From Armatimonadota bacterium (lineage in GTDB: Bacteria; Armatimonadota; HRBIN16), in the NCBI GenBank assembly GCA_963677485.1, contig OY781964.1:3584001-3648000 (forward strand): DNA of 64,000 nucleotides, written 5' to 3'. Shown piece by piece: positions 43,355-52,621 of this stretch. Under the pieces are notes generated by a model. It saw nothing but the letters and a program-made list of their open reading frames with translations, was not told the DNA's origin and ran no database searches. Every line of letters starts with the position of its first letter. The stretch's first letter is position 1. Made by a program: the position numbers and the translations under genes.

Positions 43355-45145
43355 ATGACACAATCTGAACAAACAACACCAGGCACACCGCCCTTCGATG
43401 ATATCCGCGTTGGCGTGTATGTATGCCACTGCGGCGGCAACATCTCCGATGTCGTGGACACCAAAGCGGTGGCAGAGGCGGTCGGACAAGACCCCAACGT
43501 GAAGATCGCACGCGACTATGTTTTCATGTGCTCCGACCCGGGCCAGCAGCTCATCATTGACGACATCATCGCGAACAACATCAACCGCGTGGTGGTCGCT
43601 GCCTGCTCACCGTCGCTTCATGAGCTCACGTTCCGTAATGCACTCATACGTGCCGGTCTGAATCCCTACTTTTATGAGCACGTCAACATCCGAGAACAGG
43701 TCAGCTGGGTTCATAAGGGTGACCATGGCGGGGCGACCGCCAAAGCCATCCGCCTCACTGCTGCCGGTGTCGCGAAGATTGTGCGGCAGGACGCCTTGGA
43801 GCCGATAGAAGTTGATGCCAACGGCCATGTGCTAGTGATAGGGGCTGGCGTCGCAGGACTACGCGCTGCGCTCACCCTGGCACAACGCGGTTTGGGTGTG
43901 ACCGTGGTGGAGAAAAATACCGCCGCAGGCGGACGAATGGCCGAGTTGGACACGGTATATCCCACCGCGGAGAAGGCCTCCGAGCTGCTGGCTGAGCTCA
44001 CCGACGCGGTGACTCACAACCCCAAGATTGAACTGCTGACGAGTACCGAGGTCACCGCCATTGACGGCTTTGTGGGTAACTTCAAAATCGCACTCAGCTC
44101 TCAGACGGAGATACTGGCCGGTTCGATTATCATCGCCACAGGCTTTGACCACTACCAGCCCTATGATGGTGAATTTGGCTACCACACCTCCCCCGAGGTG
44201 GTGACGCTGCCAGAGTTCAACCAAATTCTTCGCCAACACACCTCCAGTGGCAGCCAACTCAAGCATAATGGCCGCGCAATTCATGACATCGCCTTCATCC
44301 ATTGCGTGGGAAGCCGCCAAGTGGAGGGTGTTCATCAGCCACAACCTGACGGTAAAGTCAATGACTATTGCTCACGAGTGTGCTGCACATCAACGCTGCA
44401 TACCATCGAGCAGACGCTAGACCGCTACCCTGATGTCAACATTTACGATCTCTACAAAGACATCCGCACCTACGGACGAGGCCATGAAGAATACTACGAA
44501 AATGCCTCCAAGAAGGGCGTGCTCTTCTTCAGATATAACGACGACGGTCTTCCGCAGTTTGAACCGGGACTCAACGGGAAACAGGCTAGCTTGAAGGTCA
44601 CCGACTGGCTGACCTGGGGAGAGGAGGTCACGATCCCCGTGGATATGGTCGTTCTTGCCACAGGTATGATGCCCAGAGACATTTCAAGCATCGTGTCCAT
44701 GTTGAAACTGCCGATTGGTGCTGACCGCTTCCTGCAGGAGGTGCATCCCAAGCTTCGGCCTGTGGAGCTGGCCAACAACGGCGTGATGATCGCGGGCACA
44801 TGCCAGGGGCCCATGGACATCAACGAGGCCTGTGTGGCAGCGGGAGCCGCCGCCAGCAAGGCGTCCATCCTGCTCTCTAAACCGATCATCGAGATTGACC
44901 CCTTCGTAGCGCGTGTCGATATTGATAAGTGCGACGGCTGCCAGCTTTGCCTGGCGGAGTGTGAGTACCGAGGTGCCCTGACCATGGTGGGTGATAAGGC
45001 TTCGGTTAACCCCGCCATCTGCGTGGGTTGCGGAGCGTGTGTGGCGGTCTGCCCGCCTCGCGCTATCAACATCGCTGGATGGACACTGGAGCAGTTTGAT
45101 GCTATGATCGACGCCATCACCACCGAGGAGGTGCCTCATGCCTGA
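43355..45145 (+). CDS. HdrA/Qmo-like flavoprotein 2 (N-terminal Fe-S domain + FAD + C-terminal ferredoxin)
   Basis: GVYVCHCGGNI, FMCS, AACSP, NIREQ, IGAGVAG, HCVGSR...YCSRVCC and two C-terminal CxxCxxCxxxC motifs. Confidence 0.9.
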   Translation: MTQSEQTTPGTPPFDDIRVGVYVCHCGGNISDVVDTKAVAEAVGQDPNVKIARDYVFMCSDPGQQLIIDDIIANNINRVVVAACSPSLHELTFRNALIRAGLNPYFYEHVNIREQVSWVHKGDHGGATAKAIRLTAAGVAKIVRQDALEPIEVDANGHVLVIGAGVAGLRAALTLAQRGLGVTVVEKNTAAGGRMAELDTVYPTAEKASELLAELTDAVTHNPKIELLTSTEVTAIDGFVGNFKIALSSQTEILAGSIIIATGFDHYQPYDGEFGYHTSPEVVTLPEFNQILRQHTSSGSQLKHNGRAIHDIAFIHCVGSRQVEGVHQPQPDGKVNDYCSRVCCTSTLHTIEQTLDRYPDVNIYDLYKDIRTYGRGHEEYYENASKKGVLFFRYNDDGLPQFEPGLNGKQASLKVTDWLTWGEEVTIPVDMVVLATGMMPRDISSIVSMLKLPIGADRFLQEVHPKLRPVELANNGVMIAGTCQGPMDINEACVAAGAAASKASILLSKPIIEIDPFVARVDIDKCDGCQLCLAECEYRGALTMVGDKASVNPAICVGCGACVAVCPPRAINIAGWTLEQFDAMIDAITTEEVPHA

Positions 45146-45422
45146 CAACACACCCAAAGCCTATCTGCAGCAGCTTAAGCAGCTCAGGGCTGCGCGTGGT
45201 CCTTTGCCGAAAGAGATGGTAGAGCGGGGCAAAAGCCAGATTACCATGCAAAAGGCCATTCTAGCGGCGATCGAGACGGAAGCAAAAACCGTGCCCGAGA
45301 TCGCGGAGATCACCGGTATAGCCACCCAGGACGTGTTCTGGTGGGTCACCGCGATGCGCAAATATAACCGCGTTCAAGACGGTAAAAAGCGCGGCGAATA
45401 CGCCACGTACCTGAAGAAGTGA
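45138..45422 (+). CDS. Small winged-helix-like protein
   Basis: KTVPEIAEITG HTH-like segment; GAGGAGG RBS; overlaps the upstream stop. Confidence 0.7.
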   Translation: MPDNTPKAYLQQLKQLRAARGPLPKEMVERGKSQITMQKAILAAIETEAKTVPEIAEITGIATQDVFWWVTAMRKYNRVQDGKKRGEYATYLKK

Positions 45423-45432
45423 GAGGCCAGGC

Positions 45433-46563
45433 ATGAGTGTTACCATCAACCCAAAACTAATCAAAGATATCAAGAAGTATGGTGCGTTTGATATCAGTGC
45501 CTGCTTCAATTGCGGCAACTGCACAGCGGTCTGCCCATTATCTGACGAGCATGGGAATTTCCCCCGCAAGCTGATACGGCTGGGACAGATCGGCAGCAGA
45601 GACCGGATCCTGTCCAGTCCTGAGCCCTGGCTCTGTTACTACTGCGGCGAATGCTCCGATACCTGCCCGCGTCAGGCCGAGCCCGGCGAGTACATGGCCG
45701 CTCTGCGCCGTTACACCATCGCTGCCAGTGAACCAACCGGGATCGCAAAGCTGATGTACCAAAGCGGCATCATGGCGATACTCGTCACGCTGCTTGTCGG
45801 CATCGTGTTCGGGGCCTTCATGCTGTCGGTCAAAATGGGGGAGAACCCGGCGCACTGGCTGTTTTCTCCCATCTCCTACGAGTTCATACACGTGTTTGGT
45901 ATCATCGTGTCCATCGTCACTTTACTCACCATACTTGGTGGGGTTTCCAATGTGTGGCGGCGCATCATGAACGGTGCTGAGATGCCGAAGACTAACGGCC
46001 CCCAGTGGGTCGCCGCCATTAAAAAGACCATCGTAGAAATCGCCACAATGGCCCGCCATCGCCAGACCACAGAAGAGTCGGTTCCTGGCCCCTGGTATAA
46101 ACAGTCCGCCTGGGTTCATATGGGTATCATGTATGGCTTCATAGGCCTACTGGTGGCCACCACCCTGGACTTCATCTTCCTGGTGCTGCTGCCGTTGCAC
46201 CTTACGGTGTTTTGGCCGGCACGTATCATCGGGACGGTGGCTGGTCTGGCCATGATGTGGGGCGTGAGTGCTGCCATCGGTCGACGCATGAGCAGGGCCG
46301 AGAAGAACGTCGAACACTCACGGCTGCCAGACTGGTGGGTTCTCGTCTTCCTGTTTGTGCTGGGAGTCACGGGCTTCTGGCTCGAACTCGCTGTCACATT
46401 CAAAGCTGCGGGGACCATCAATGACGCAGTGATGCTGATCCATGCCGCCATGGCGATGGAACTCGTGCTGCTGATGGCGTTCACCAAAATGGCGCACGTC
46501 ATCTATCGCCCTATCGCACTGTTTGCCTATTTCCTGAAGAAATCTACGGAGGAACCAGCATGA
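45433..46563 (+). CDS. QmoC-like protein (HdrC-type 2x[4Fe-4S] + membrane cytochrome b-like domain)
   Basis: CFNCGNCTAVCP, WLCYYCGECSDTCP, about 6 TM helices, TKMAHVIYRP. Confidence 0.85.
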   Translation: MSVTINPKLIKDIKKYGAFDISACFNCGNCTAVCPLSDEHGNFPRKLIRLGQIGSRDRILSSPEPWLCYYCGECSDTCPRQAEPGEYMAALRRYTIAASEPTGIAKLMYQSGIMAILVTLLVGIVFGAFMLSVKMGENPAHWLFSPISYEFIHVFGIIVSIVTLLTILGGVSNVWRRIMNGAEMPKTNGPQWVAAIKKTIVEIATMARHRQTTEESVPGPWYKQSAWVHMGIMYGFIGLLVATTLDFIFLVLLPLHLTVFWPARIIGTVAGLAMMWGVSAAIGRRMSRAEKNVEHSRLPDWWVLVFLFVLGVTGFWLELAVTFKAAGTINDAVMLIHAAMAMELVLLMAFTKMAHVIYRPIALFAYFLKKSTEEPA

Positions 46564-47132
46564 GCACCGACAACGCGCTATCTATAGAACAACTTTCTGA
46601 GCAAGTGTCCAGCCTGCAATCTCAGATCGATGATATCAAGGCCATGTCCCTGCCCGAAGACAAACTATCAATGGTAGTCTTCAGCGGTGATCTCGATAAG
46701 CAGCTTGCCGCCTTCATCATCGCCACCGGAGCCAGTGCCATGTTTGAGGAGGTGGTGATGTTCTTCACCTTCTGGGGAACTGCCGCACTGCGCGACCCAA
46801 ATAAGAACAAACAGGGCAAGGACCTCATCTCACAAATGTTCGGCTGGATGCTGCCCAAAGGCGCGTCAAAGCTGAAGCTTTCGCAGATGCATATGGGCGG
46901 AATGGGCACAAATATGATGAAGGGGCTGATGAAGAAGAAGAACGTCATGTCCCTGGAGCAGCTCATCAAGACGGCGGGCGAAGCAGGTGTTCGGATCGTC
47001 GTTTGTCAGATGAGCATGGATCTGATGGGCATGTCGATCGACGAGATGGTGGACTATCCCAACTTGAAGGTCGGTGGCGTGGCCGCCTTCCTGGGCGACG
47101 CAGGTACCAGCAAGACCACGCTGTTCATTTAG
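46560..47132 (+). CDS. DsrE2-type (DsrE/DsrF/DrsH-like) sulfurtransferase
   Basis: FSGDLDK, MFFTFWG and VCQMSMDLMG motifs. Confidence 0.9.
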   Translation: MSTDNALSIEQLSEQVSSLQSQIDDIKAMSLPEDKLSMVVFSGDLDKQLAAFIIATGASAMFEEVVMFFTFWGTAALRDPNKNKQGKDLISQMFGWMLPKGASKLKLSQMHMGGMGTNMMKGLMKKKNVMSLEQLIKTAGEAGVRIVVCQMSMDLMGMSIDEMVDYPNLKVGGVAAFLGDAGTSKTTLFI

Positions 47133-47143
47133 GTCCGGGTGAC

Positions 47144-47344
47144 GTAGGGGCATCCCCCTGTGGCTGCCCCTTAGTGTGATGTATCGGACGCATCAGACGA
47201 ATCGGACTAATAAGCTGCCCCTCATCCCCGAGCAGTCGATGACCTACAAATCCAGATTGGGCTCGTATCGACCATGTACCGAAATATTTATGTCGCGGAA
47301 TCGGTGACCTACTGGCCATGCGATATTTGCGGGTAATTGACTGA
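47144..47344 (+). repeat. Repeat cluster: GTAG REP, 9-bp module and 59-bp repeat
   Basis: GTAGGGGCATCCCCCTGTGGCTGCCCC (47144-47170), three ATCRGAC units (about 47181-47210) and a copy of 2169-2227. Confidence 0.8.
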
Positions 47345-47415
47345 TCCCCGAGTAAACCATACATGACCGCACTTCCCCGAAACCACGCACCAAAACAGAA
47401 TCCGCGTGATGGGCT

Positions 47416-48582
47416 CTATTCGTGACTGTTCCAGGGGAAGGTCACGGTAAATGTGGTGCCTTCGCAAAGCTGGCTTTCCACAGTGATCTCCCCGCCGTGT
47501 GCCTCCACCAGGTGATGCACGATGGCCAGACCAAGCCCTGTTCCGCCCGATGCCCGGCTTCGCGACTTATCCACACGATAGAACCGCTCGAAAATGCGTG
47601 GCAGGTGGTTGCTGCTGATGCCCAACCCATCATCGGATATCTTAATGGTGACTTGCTGAGGGGTTTCTGCGGCGGTCACCAGCACATGCCCGCCAGGATG
47701 GTTGTATTTCGCACCATTATCAATAAGGTTGATGAGGATCTGCTCTAAATAGTTGCGGTCTGCATGAACCACCAGTTTCTCCGATACCTGGTTCTCTATG
47801 GTTACATTCAATGCCTGGGCTCGTGAACTGAGCTGGTTCAGCACCTCTTCAACTATCGGACGCAATACCACAGGCGTGGGCGTGGCTACAGGATGCACTT
47901 CGGCGTTGGCCAAAGTCAGAAGGTCGTCCGTCATGTTGGCCAGCCGGATACTCTGCTGCACAATGGCTTGCAGGAATTTATCACGCATCTCCACAGGCAC
48001 ATCGGGGTTGTCCAGCAGAGCTTCGGCGTTCACCCGGACGGCGGCCAGGGGGGTTCTGAGCTCGTGTGACACATTGGCCACGAAGTCTCTACGTACCTGC
48101 TCCAAGTGGCGCACTTCGGAAAGGTCGGTGATGACCACCAGGTAGGTTGGGTCTGACATCGGGCGGTGTTCCATCAACGGGGATATCCGCACGGTGCCCA
48201 CAACCCGATTGGGGTGTGAGATCACCAGCTCAGCCTGTTGAAACTGCTGAGTCTGCACGGTGCGTTGCAGAAGCTGGTTGAGGTCGTAGCAGAGTGTTCT
48301 TGCCAACAGGGTATCGCCCATCAGCAGGGAGCCCATCATGTGGTGGGCTGACGGGTTGGCCTCCAGAATGAAGCCATCATTGCTCACAATCAGCACCGCG
48401 TCACCGATGGAGTTCAGTAACTGTTCGCGCAGCAAGTGGCTGTCTTTGAGCTCTTTGGCCACACCCTGCATCTGCAGCTCACGCAAATTCAGGTTGGACT
48501 GGATGAACTTGGTACGCACAAGCAGTGCCCAGCACAGAGTAACCAGAATGACAATACCTATGATAAGCAGGTTAGTGATCAA
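47416..48582 (-). CDS. PhoR-like sensor histidine kinase (TM, PAS, HisKA, HATPase)
   Basis: DFVANVSHELRTPL, NLIDNGAKY, FERFYRVDKSRSR and GTGLGL motifs. Start is approximate. Confidence 0.92.
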   Translation of the reverse strand: MITNLLIIGIVILVTLCWALLVRTKFIQSNLNLRELQMQGVAKELKDSHLLREQLLNSIGDAVLIVSNDGFILEANPSAHHMMGSLLMGDTLLARTLCYDLNQLLQRTVQTQQFQQAELVISHPNRVVGTVRISPLMEHRPMSDPTYLVVITDLSEVRHLEQVRRDFVANVSHELRTPLAAVRVNAEALLDNPDVPVEMRDKFLQAIVQQSIRLANMTDDLLTLANAEVHPVATPTPVVLRPIVEEVLNQLSSRAQALNVTIENQVSEKLVVHADRNYLEQILINLIDNGAKYNHPGGHVLVTAAETPQQVTIKISDDGLGISSNHLPRIFERFYRVDKSRSRASGGTGLGLAIVHHLVEAHGGEITVESQLCEGTTFTVTFPWNSHE

Positions 48583-48585
48583 CGG

Positions 48586-49263
48586 TTAACCTCTGAATTT
48601 ATAGCCAATCCCTCGGACGGTGAGCAGATACTGAGGCTTCGGCGGATCGAGCTCGATCTTCTCGCGCAGCCATCGGATATGCACATCGACTGTTCGTTCA
48701 TCGACATAGCTCTCAGCACCCCAGACACGGTCAAGAAGGGTTTGCCTGTCGAAGACAAGACCAGGGTTCTCCATCAAAAACTTTAGCAGCTCGAACTCGC
48801 GCGGGGTGAGCTCCAGCTTTTTGCCCGCCATGGTCACCTCATGCCGCTGCGGGTCAACCGATAGCTCACCAGCACGCAGTATATCTTGTGCATTCACCGG
48901 CTGCTTGCCGGAGCGGCGCATCACGCTTTGGATGCGTGCCAGCAGCTCTCTGGTGCCAAAAGGCTTGGTGATGTAGTCATCAGCCCCCAGTGTGAGCCCG
49001 GTCACTCGGTCACTTTCGGTGCCCTTGGCCGTCAGCATGATGATGGGCACGTTGCTGGTGAGGCGTATCTGCTCGCAGAGTTCAAATCCGCTACGAGTGG
49101 GCAGCATGACATCCAATAGCAGTATGTCGGGGTTTTCGGATTCCCACAGCGCCAGGGCAGGTTCGCTGTCGCTGGCTGTAATCACCTGGTAGCCTGCACG
49201 TTCCAGGCTGAACTGCACCGCATTCAGGATGGTCTCTTCGTCATCAACTACCAGAATCTTCAA
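48586..49263 (-). CDS. OmpR/PhoB-family response regulator
   Basis: VVDDE, LDVMLP, GADDYITKPF, RTVDVHIRWLREK and TVRGIGY motifs. Confidence 0.95.
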   Translation of the reverse strand: MKILVVDDEETILNAVQFSLERAGYQVITASDSEPALALWESENPDILLLDVMLPTRSGFELCEQIRLTSNVPIIMLTAKGTESDRVTGLTLGADDYITKPFGTRELLARIQSVMRRSGKQPVNAQDILRAGELSVDPQRHEVTMAGKKLELTPREFELLKFLMENPGLVFDRQTLLDRVWGAESYVDERTVDVHIRWLREKIELDPPKPQYLLTVRGIGYKFRG

Positions 49264-49269
49264 AATGAC

Positions 49270-50394
49270 TTACTCCGTAATCAACTCGACATTCGCTCTG
49301 GGAAGGGTAAACTCACTGCCGTCTTCCAGCTTGACCACATAGACCCTGGCATGAGCACCAGACGGGATGGTGACCAAGTCAGCCGGCATCCCGACGACCT
49401 TGGCGATCTGTCCGAAGTTTGGTTCCCTGATGATGCGCACGCGACGGCCAAGCTCGACGCTATTCGAGGCCATTTCCGAGACTTCGGCCGTAGATGGGGC
49501 CTGAGCGCAGGGAACCACGACCTCAGGACGGATCACGCCAGCCCTGATCTGGGTGGCACCGTTGATGGAGGCTCGTTGGCCATTGAGCTTCTTGAAAAGA
49601 TCAAACGTGTGCTGCGCCATGGGGATATGTCCAAACCCTTCGGTCAGGATCAGCGTCAGTCCGACTTCCTCATCACCGGTGATTGCCACACCGATCTCGC
49701 TGCCCAGGAAAGCCGCGAGGTCAGTATCCAGCATTCCACCCACCACAATACCTGACACTCCGACGGCGACGGCGTGTTTCAATGTCTCACCGGAGATGAA
49801 TGACCCACCTATTATCACTTTGCCAGCATGGCTGGATGTGATCATCTCAGGCAGCAGCTCATCTTCAGGGGACTGGCAGACGACGGCGATCTCACCATAA
49901 CGCTCACCACCCACACCGAAGATACCCTGCACCAGCGCACCAAACGCCGAGATCACCACACCTTCCTCAGGAATCACCGTGGTGACGGTGCCGGCGATGT
50001 AGGCGTTGACCTCAAGCGGATTCGCCTCTTCACGGATGCCTAGATGCCCCGACAGTTGGGAGTATACTTCGACCGTGCCAGAGAGGGGACTTTTGACGGT
50101 GTTCCTTATTAAGCCGAAAAGGCCACGGCTTTCGGCGATCATGTCTCCCTTTTGAACATGATGACCGATTTCGATTTTGAGGAACTTCGGCACATCCTCC
50201 GGGTCCTGGCCCAATAGCTCCGCTACCTTGACTGTGTGCATAATGCCTGGGATGGCCGCCTTCGCAACGGCCATCTGTGGGGTTACCTCGTCACCAACTG
50301 AGACAAGCACCTTGCCTTTCAGCGGTAATCGGCGTGTTTTGGTGAGGAGTGTGTATCCGCTGACAGTCAGTCCAGGTGTATATGCGGTGCCCAA
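49270..50394 (-). CDS. Conserved hypothetical protein (barrel-sandwich hybrid-like repeats, C-terminal KOW-like motif)
   Basis: AYTPGL, RRLPLKG.VLV..GD.V, QGIFGVGGE, LTEGFG, TQIRAGVIRPE, GRRVRIIREP; GGAGG RBS before TTG. Confidence 0.7.
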   Translation of the reverse strand: MGTAYTPGLTVSGYTLLTKTRRLPLKGKVLVSVGDEVTPQMAVAKAAIPGIMHTVKVAELLGQDPEDVPKFLKIEIGHHVQKGDMIAESRGLFGLIRNTVKSPLSGTVEVYSQLSGHLGIREEANPLEVNAYIAGTVTTVIPEEGVVISAFGALVQGIFGVGGERYGEIAVVCQSPEDELLPEMITSSHAGKVIIGGSFISGETLKHAVAVGVSGIVVGGMLDTDLAAFLGSEIGVAITGDEEVGLTLILTEGFGHIPMAQHTFDLFKKLNGQRASINGATQIRAGVIRPEVVVPCAQAPSTAEVSEMASNSVELGRRVRIIREPNFGQIAKVVGMPADLVTIPSGAHARVYVVKLEDGSEFTLPRANVELITE

Positions 50395-50460
50395 GTTTTG
50401 CCTCCGTATACTGCGCCGTGTGTTTACGGTACAGCGTAACTGATTAGTATTATGTGTATG

Positions 50461-51246
50461 TTAAGAGATGAGTGCTTGTTCTTTACTGAACAGCCTGCGA
50501 AAGGCCATGCCGATAATCGACAGGCTGCCAATGGCGGTCGCGGTGGTCATCATAAACATCACCACGATCTGGTATTTCACGGCCATCCGTGGGTCCGCTC
50601 CGCCGATGATCTGGCCCGTCATCATGCCGGGCAGGCTGACGATGCCCACCACCATCAGCGCGTTGATGCTGGGGGTCATGCCGACCTGCAGCGCGGCTCT
50701 GACGGAGTCAATCACCGATTCCCAGGGCGAGGCTCCCATTGCCAGGCGCTGTTCGATTTCGTCTCGCCGGAGCCGTGCCTCGCGGAACAGACTTTCCACC
50801 GACAGGCTCATGGCGGTCATGCTGTTGCCTAATAGCATCCCGCAAATGGGGATGGCCACTCGCGGCGACCACACCGGCACCGGCCTGATGATACCGCCCA
50901 GCACGATCACCGCCGTCAGCAGGGTGCTGGTCCACAGGCTGGTGAAGGCCATCCACTTGGGCAGTCCTTTTGCGGAGGGGGCTCTCTTTAGCGCATCATG
51001 CGTGGCGGCGGTACTCATCACGCAGAACACCAGCAGCACCAGCCAAAGGTTGGCGTTGTGAAACAGCCAAACCAGTACATATCCTGTGACCGTCAGTTGC
51101 ACGATGGTGCGCACAGCACCTACCAGTAGATTGCGCCATAGTCCCAGCCCCATCAAGGCACTGATGCCGCCCGTGAGCAGCAGCAGTAGGGCACTCAGCA
51201 TCAACTGCCCGTCTGAGATGGGGATGACACCGGTATGGGCTGACAT
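50461..51246 (-). CDS. fetB: UPF0014/FetB-family ABC permease
   Basis: RTIVQL, GMLLGNSM, VSLPGMMTGQIIGG and AVKYQI motifs. Confidence 0.88.
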   Translation of the reverse strand: MSAHTGVIPISDGQLMLSALLLLLTGGISALMGLGLWRNLLVGAVRTIVQLTVTGYVLVWLFHNANLWLVLLVFCVMSTAATHDALKRAPSAKGLPKWMAFTSLWTSTLLTAVIVLGGIIRPVPVWSPRVAIPICGMLLGNSMTAMSLSVESLFREARLRRDEIEQRLAMGASPWESVIDSVRAALQVGMTPSINALMVVGIVSLPGMMTGQIIGGADPRMAVKYQIVVMFMMTTATAIGSLSIIGMAFRRLFSKEQALIS

Positions 51247-51248
51247 CG

Positions 51249-52481
51249 CTACCGGCCCGACTTCTCTTTAACGGCAGGGGAGTTCACCATGATGGCTTTA
51301 TCTTTCATACCTAGTGTGTAGTTGCTGTATTTCAGTGCTTTGCTGGTGAGCTGGGGCAGCGCACTGAGAAGCCATACGCCGTTCTTTTTAACCATCGGCA
51401 GCAGTAAACCGCTTTGAGATGGGTCTGGCTGGTAGATGGCGATGCCTTCCAGACTGACGTTTGCGCTGGCTGTGGTTCCGCGCGACGACACCAGTAATAC
51501 CCACATTGGCACCCACGAGGGGAGTTTTACACATGATTCGGGCCTGTCGGACTTCAGAGCACTGATGCCAAACTGGGCTCGGATGGGTTCAATCTGTTTG
51601 GCATTTAACCCTGTTTTCGGTGAGCTGCCATATAGGTAGAGCGCGTTCAGCGTATTGAGGTTGCCATGCACCATCGCTCCCGCAACGGCTTGAGCACTGG
51701 CTACCATGCCTGCAAACTCGCTGGAGCTCTGCTTATATACGGCGTTACTGAGCCGCCAGTCCTTCAGTTTCTGTGGCTTTTTGCTGGATTTGGCCGCATC
51801 AGGCTTCACGACGGGTTTCGGTTTGGGCTTTATGCTGACCGGTGCTGGCTTGACGGCTGGCTTGGCAGGGGACGGCAGCTTAGGAGCCAGTATGAACATC
51901 GCGAGGGCCTTATCTTTCTTGTCGGCTGTATTGACCTCGAGAACACTGTTTAGCTTATTCTGGCTGGCGATATAGTCGAAATACCAGTCGTTGTTGACCT
52001 TAACGAAGTGAAAGAGATACCCATCCATCTTGATGGCGTCAGGAAGCCCTTCGAGACTGAAGATGGGGTTGGGCTCAGTGCCGGGGATCATCGCCACCCA
52101 GGCCTCTTCGGAGCTGCTCGAAAGCACCTTGACGCTGTAGTCCAGTCCCATTTGCAGGTTGTGGGTCATCGTCAAAAGGTGGTTCATTCCCAAATCTTTA
52201 GTGAAGCAGGCGTCAATCAGTGGCTTTGAATTCACGTCCAGCCGATCAAGCACCGCTGCTCGGTCACGGGCGCGCAGGGCCGCAATGAAGTGCTGGAGTG
52301 CGCCTTCGGGCTGGTCGATGTTCGGGATATAGATCATCCAAGCCACACCGTTGCGCCAAGGGATCACACCATTGGCCGGTTTTACGGCGGTTGTTGGTGC
52401 GGAGCCGCCGCCCATCATCTGAGCCGATGCGAGCTGTGCGCAGAGTAACACGATCGCTACGCATTTGAGCAGATACTTCAA
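51249..52481 (-). CDS. Secreted hypothetical protein with Pro/Lys linker
   Basis: TTG start after GGAGG; signal peptide ending ASA; PAKPAVKP linker between two domains. Confidence 0.7.
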   Translation of the reverse strand: MKYLLKCVAIVLLCAQLASAQMMGGGSAPTTAVKPANGVIPWRNGVAWMIYIPNIDQPEGALQHFIAALRARDRAAVLDRLDVNSKPLIDACFTKDLGMNHLLTMTHNLQMGLDYSVKVLSSSSEEAWVAMIPGTEPNPIFSLEGLPDAIKMDGYLFHFVKVNNDWYFDYIASQNKLNSVLEVNTADKKDKALAMFILAPKLPSPAKPAVKPAPVSIKPKPKPVVKPDAAKSSKKPQKLKDWRLSNAVYKQSSSEFAGMVASAQAVAGAMVHGNLNTLNALYLYGSSPKTGLNAKQIEPIRAQFGISALKSDRPESCVKLPSWVPMWVLLVSSRGTTASANVSLEGIAIYQPDPSQSGLLLPMVKKNGVWLLSALPQLTSKALKYSNYTLGMKDKAIMVNSPAVKEKSGR

Positions 52482-52621
52482 TCCCGGCGTCCTCCGAATA
52501 TATAGAAAAAACATGAAAATGCAGTGTATTGTGCAGCTTTTTTGTGCTCCACCGTGTTAAGTGTAGCACGGATAAGCACCTGGTGCTCGATACCAACCAT
52601 CACACCCAGTAGAATATTAGT

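Noticed and set aside
41003-47132. Evidence of dissimilatory sulfate reduction or methanogen-type HdrABC
   Set aside because: No aprAB, sat, dsrAB or CCG-domain HdrB is in the window; the rest of the genome cannot be seen.
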